Shown: piece by piece, positions 45,636-48,237 of the stretch
Numbering within the stretch: the stretch's first letter is position 1
Layout of the letters: every line of letters begins with the position of its first letter
NCBI GenBank assembly: GCA_003427395.1
Contig: BFEA01000031.1
Location: forward strand, 2,138,835 to 2,187,071
DNA length: 48,237 nucleotides
Direction: 5' to 3'
From: Chara braunii
Lineage: Eukaryota > Plantae > Charophyceae
Notes under the pieces: generated by a model
What the model saw: the letters and a program-made list of their open reading frames with translations, nothing else
What the model was told of the DNA's origin: nothing
Database searches by the model: none
Translations under genes and position numbers: made by a program

Positions 45636-47552
45636 CTAGCCAAAAAGATAAATAAATAAAGTTGCCAAAAATCCCAAAAAAATACTATGTTATGCAGAAA
45701 AATAAAGCGAACAACTTTTTGCCTCAGGTGGAGTTGGTTGTGGAGTTGGCTGTGGGGTTAAATCTAGTGGTGTCCTCTATGTGTTTGGCCAATAATGCCT
45801 TGCCCACTGAGGGCCCCACCTAATTTTGTAAGGGACGTCGGGCCCGGATCCCGGCTTTTATAAAGTCATTGTTCCGTATAATTTAAAAAAAAAAAAAAAA
45901 AAAAAATTGAAATATTAATTATAATTAAAAATATATATATGTTTTTTTTCTGTTTGGCTAGGCTGGGCAAGTGTACCCGGGCCACTCTGTGAGCCTAGTT
46001 AAAAACTATAATACTTGGAGAAAAGTGTGTTCTCTCACTTATGTGTACTTGCATATAGGAGGTGTTAAAGTGTGCACAAAGCCCGTAGACACGTTCTTTG
46101 TGCTACACATTGTGTATCCATTGATTTATGGAATTTTATGTGCACAATACTATATCTGCAATGCAGTACATGCTTTAAAGACATTTCAAATTCAAAAGTC
46201 GTAACTGTTTTCCATCTCTTTAGGGAGTTGTTTTGTCCTGCGGCGCAATTTGTTTTTCGACGTTTTCACACCTGACTGGGTAGTGTTTTGTCATCTTCCT
46301 TAGAAATGCAAATACCAGCAATCCATATTTATATTGACACATGACATTCAACTACATTATACAATGGCATTGAGCTTTGTTTGGATGGGGCTAGATCGAG
46401 AGGGACTTCGAGATAGAAATTGGGAACCTTAGGGTTAAAATACGTTTATTCTTTTTTTCTTTTTTTTTGCTGATCTGAGGCTTTTATCTGGCTTCCTTTT
46501 TTTTTCTCCCAAAAAAAAAGTCAGTTTGTTCGCTTGACTAGTAGGTGGAAAACATCAATGAAAAAAAAGTCAGTTCGTTCGCTTGACCAGTAGGTGGAAA
46601 ACATCAATGAACAAGGGTAGAGGAAAGCATTCACTTTCTCATCACCACATTCGACGAGAGTCAAGTTCACTTTCCACACCCTTCCCTTATTACCTACCTG
46701 CATGTCGAGCAAACAAACATTCTGAGGACTTTCCCTCCACTTAATCCCGCTCGACAAATTCCAATTCCGACAGCATAACGCTGCAAAAATGACTGATGTT
46801 GATGCTGAGAAAAATTGGCAGCATGTCACTTCTGTTAGGCGTCATTAAGTGCAAGGCTATGGTTGCCCTCTTCCTTCTCTTAAGTTGTCCTCTTCCTCCT
46901 CTAAAGTTCCACTGCAGACCTCTAGCCTTCTCCTTCGTTGCCTTCGACAGTTTCTTCAGCAACCCAGCAGATCTCAAGTGTGTTGTCACACATTGGTAGC
47001 ACGAGTGCTTCTGTTTGGCAAATGGGAACAACTGCATTTTTTATAGTGGTTTTGGAGGTTTGGTCGTCACTCCGGCCCACAGGCAAAATCGCGGGCTCAC
47101 CGTGAGCCCTTGACTGAATCAAAGATCAAAGGCTCATTATGGTCGCACGACAGCCGTAGTGTTAGTGGGGGGAGTTCTTTTGCTTGCCCTATTTTTATTT
47201 TTTATTTTGTTTATCTCAACTATTTCAGACTTCATGAGACAGTTGAGTTTTTATCATTTCTAGAACTGTTTTTTTTTTATTTTTTATGTGAGGGGTTGGA
47301 GAGGTGCAACCCCTTTCAGTTTAATGTATCTGTTTTGTTTTTCCCCAGGGCAAATATGTAAAGGAAAAAACTGTACTTAGCATTTTTTTTTTTGGCTGTT
47401 TTTTTCCCTGACTTCCTTTAAAAACGGATGACTGACAGTTGCCTCTGTTTTTGTTATAGGTAGGATTTTGTGAGGAAAAGTGTCCTCACGGAAATGCATC
47501 TTGAAAGAAAAATGAACAAAAGAGAAAAAAGAAAAACAAAATTAACTCTTAA

Positions 47553-47600
47553 ACCACAGGTCCCCACGCCATCGAAAACCCCGGTACCAATGAGTTAGGG
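47553..47600. mobile_element. Left end of a TTAA-family element, copy 5 (other end not seen)
   Basis: TTAA|accacaggtcccc...gaaaacc...tgagttaggg matches the reverse complement of the right end of copy 2. Confidence 0.7.
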
Positions 47601-48179
47601 GAGCGTTTTTCGGAGGTCGTCCGCCCCAACTCACCGATCTCGCGAAGTCTCTGGGTACTGCACCAAGGCCCCACGGTGTAGAGGGCGACCGACGGCGGGG
47701 TTTCATCAAGCGGCAGCGAAACGGTCGGGTGGTCCAGTTATTGGGCCGCCGACAATCTGTACTGGACTTTCGCGCTGTGGCGGGAATTGAAGGCCCGCAA
47801 TGAAAATGCGAAAGACAAAAACGAAAACAGATCCAAAAAATCCGTCGCCGTGCGCCTTTTTTTTGTTGTATTTTTTTTTTTGTTATTGTTACCATTGTCC
47901 CGGTACTACCGATATACATATGAGACAACGATGTGGAAACGCGTCTCCTCTGTGTAGTCGTGTAGGGTTTCGATGTGTTGACGCTTTCACCCGTAATCGG
48001 GGTTGTGACAGTCATGTCCGCCATCGCCACGAGCCCCCTAACCCGACCCTGCCTCCTTGCTCTGTTGTTTCCGTTCGCCGTTCTTGCCGCCTTGTTTCCG
48101 GCAGCGTGAACTTGTTCGAGTGCGATGTGGTTGGGGTCGTTGTTGGTCTGCGAGGCCGGCGAGCAGTGCGGCGATGTGG

Positions 48180-48180
<1 letters not shown>

Positions 48181-48237
<57 letters not shown>
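48181..48237. repeat. (CT)n microsatellite
   Basis: Visible. Confidence 0.99.

Overview
Eukaryotic nuclear DNA with four N-gaps and many microsatellites. The mitochondrial insert and repeat content point to a streptophyte green alga (Chara-like; inference). The backbone is one 7-exon, ~35.7-kb CPA1 Na+(K+)/H+ exchanger gene on the + strand (NHX/NHE family, 551 aa, 5072-40732, all GT-AG junctions phase-compatible). Its introns hold TTAA-flanked TIR elements, hAT and Tourist MITEs, a decayed L1/Tx1 LINE with nested insertions, a processed RPS23 pseudogene and a probable decayed Fanzor/TnpB ORF. Upstream is a Myb/SANT (trihelix or Harbinger-type) gene. Downstream is a scrambled mitochondrial insertion (7 tRNA genes or fragments, rnl, group I intron pieces, nad4, two inverted cox3 copies) embedded in an AT-rich repeat. 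Two Nextera mate-pair junction adapters in intron 4 show that 19.7-29 kb may be misassembled. I found no intact novel system. The best leads are the Fanzor-like relic, the TTAA element family, a duplicated splice acceptor that creates an in-frame 45-nt exon, and the mosaic character of the exchanger. All calls were made by eye, without database searches.
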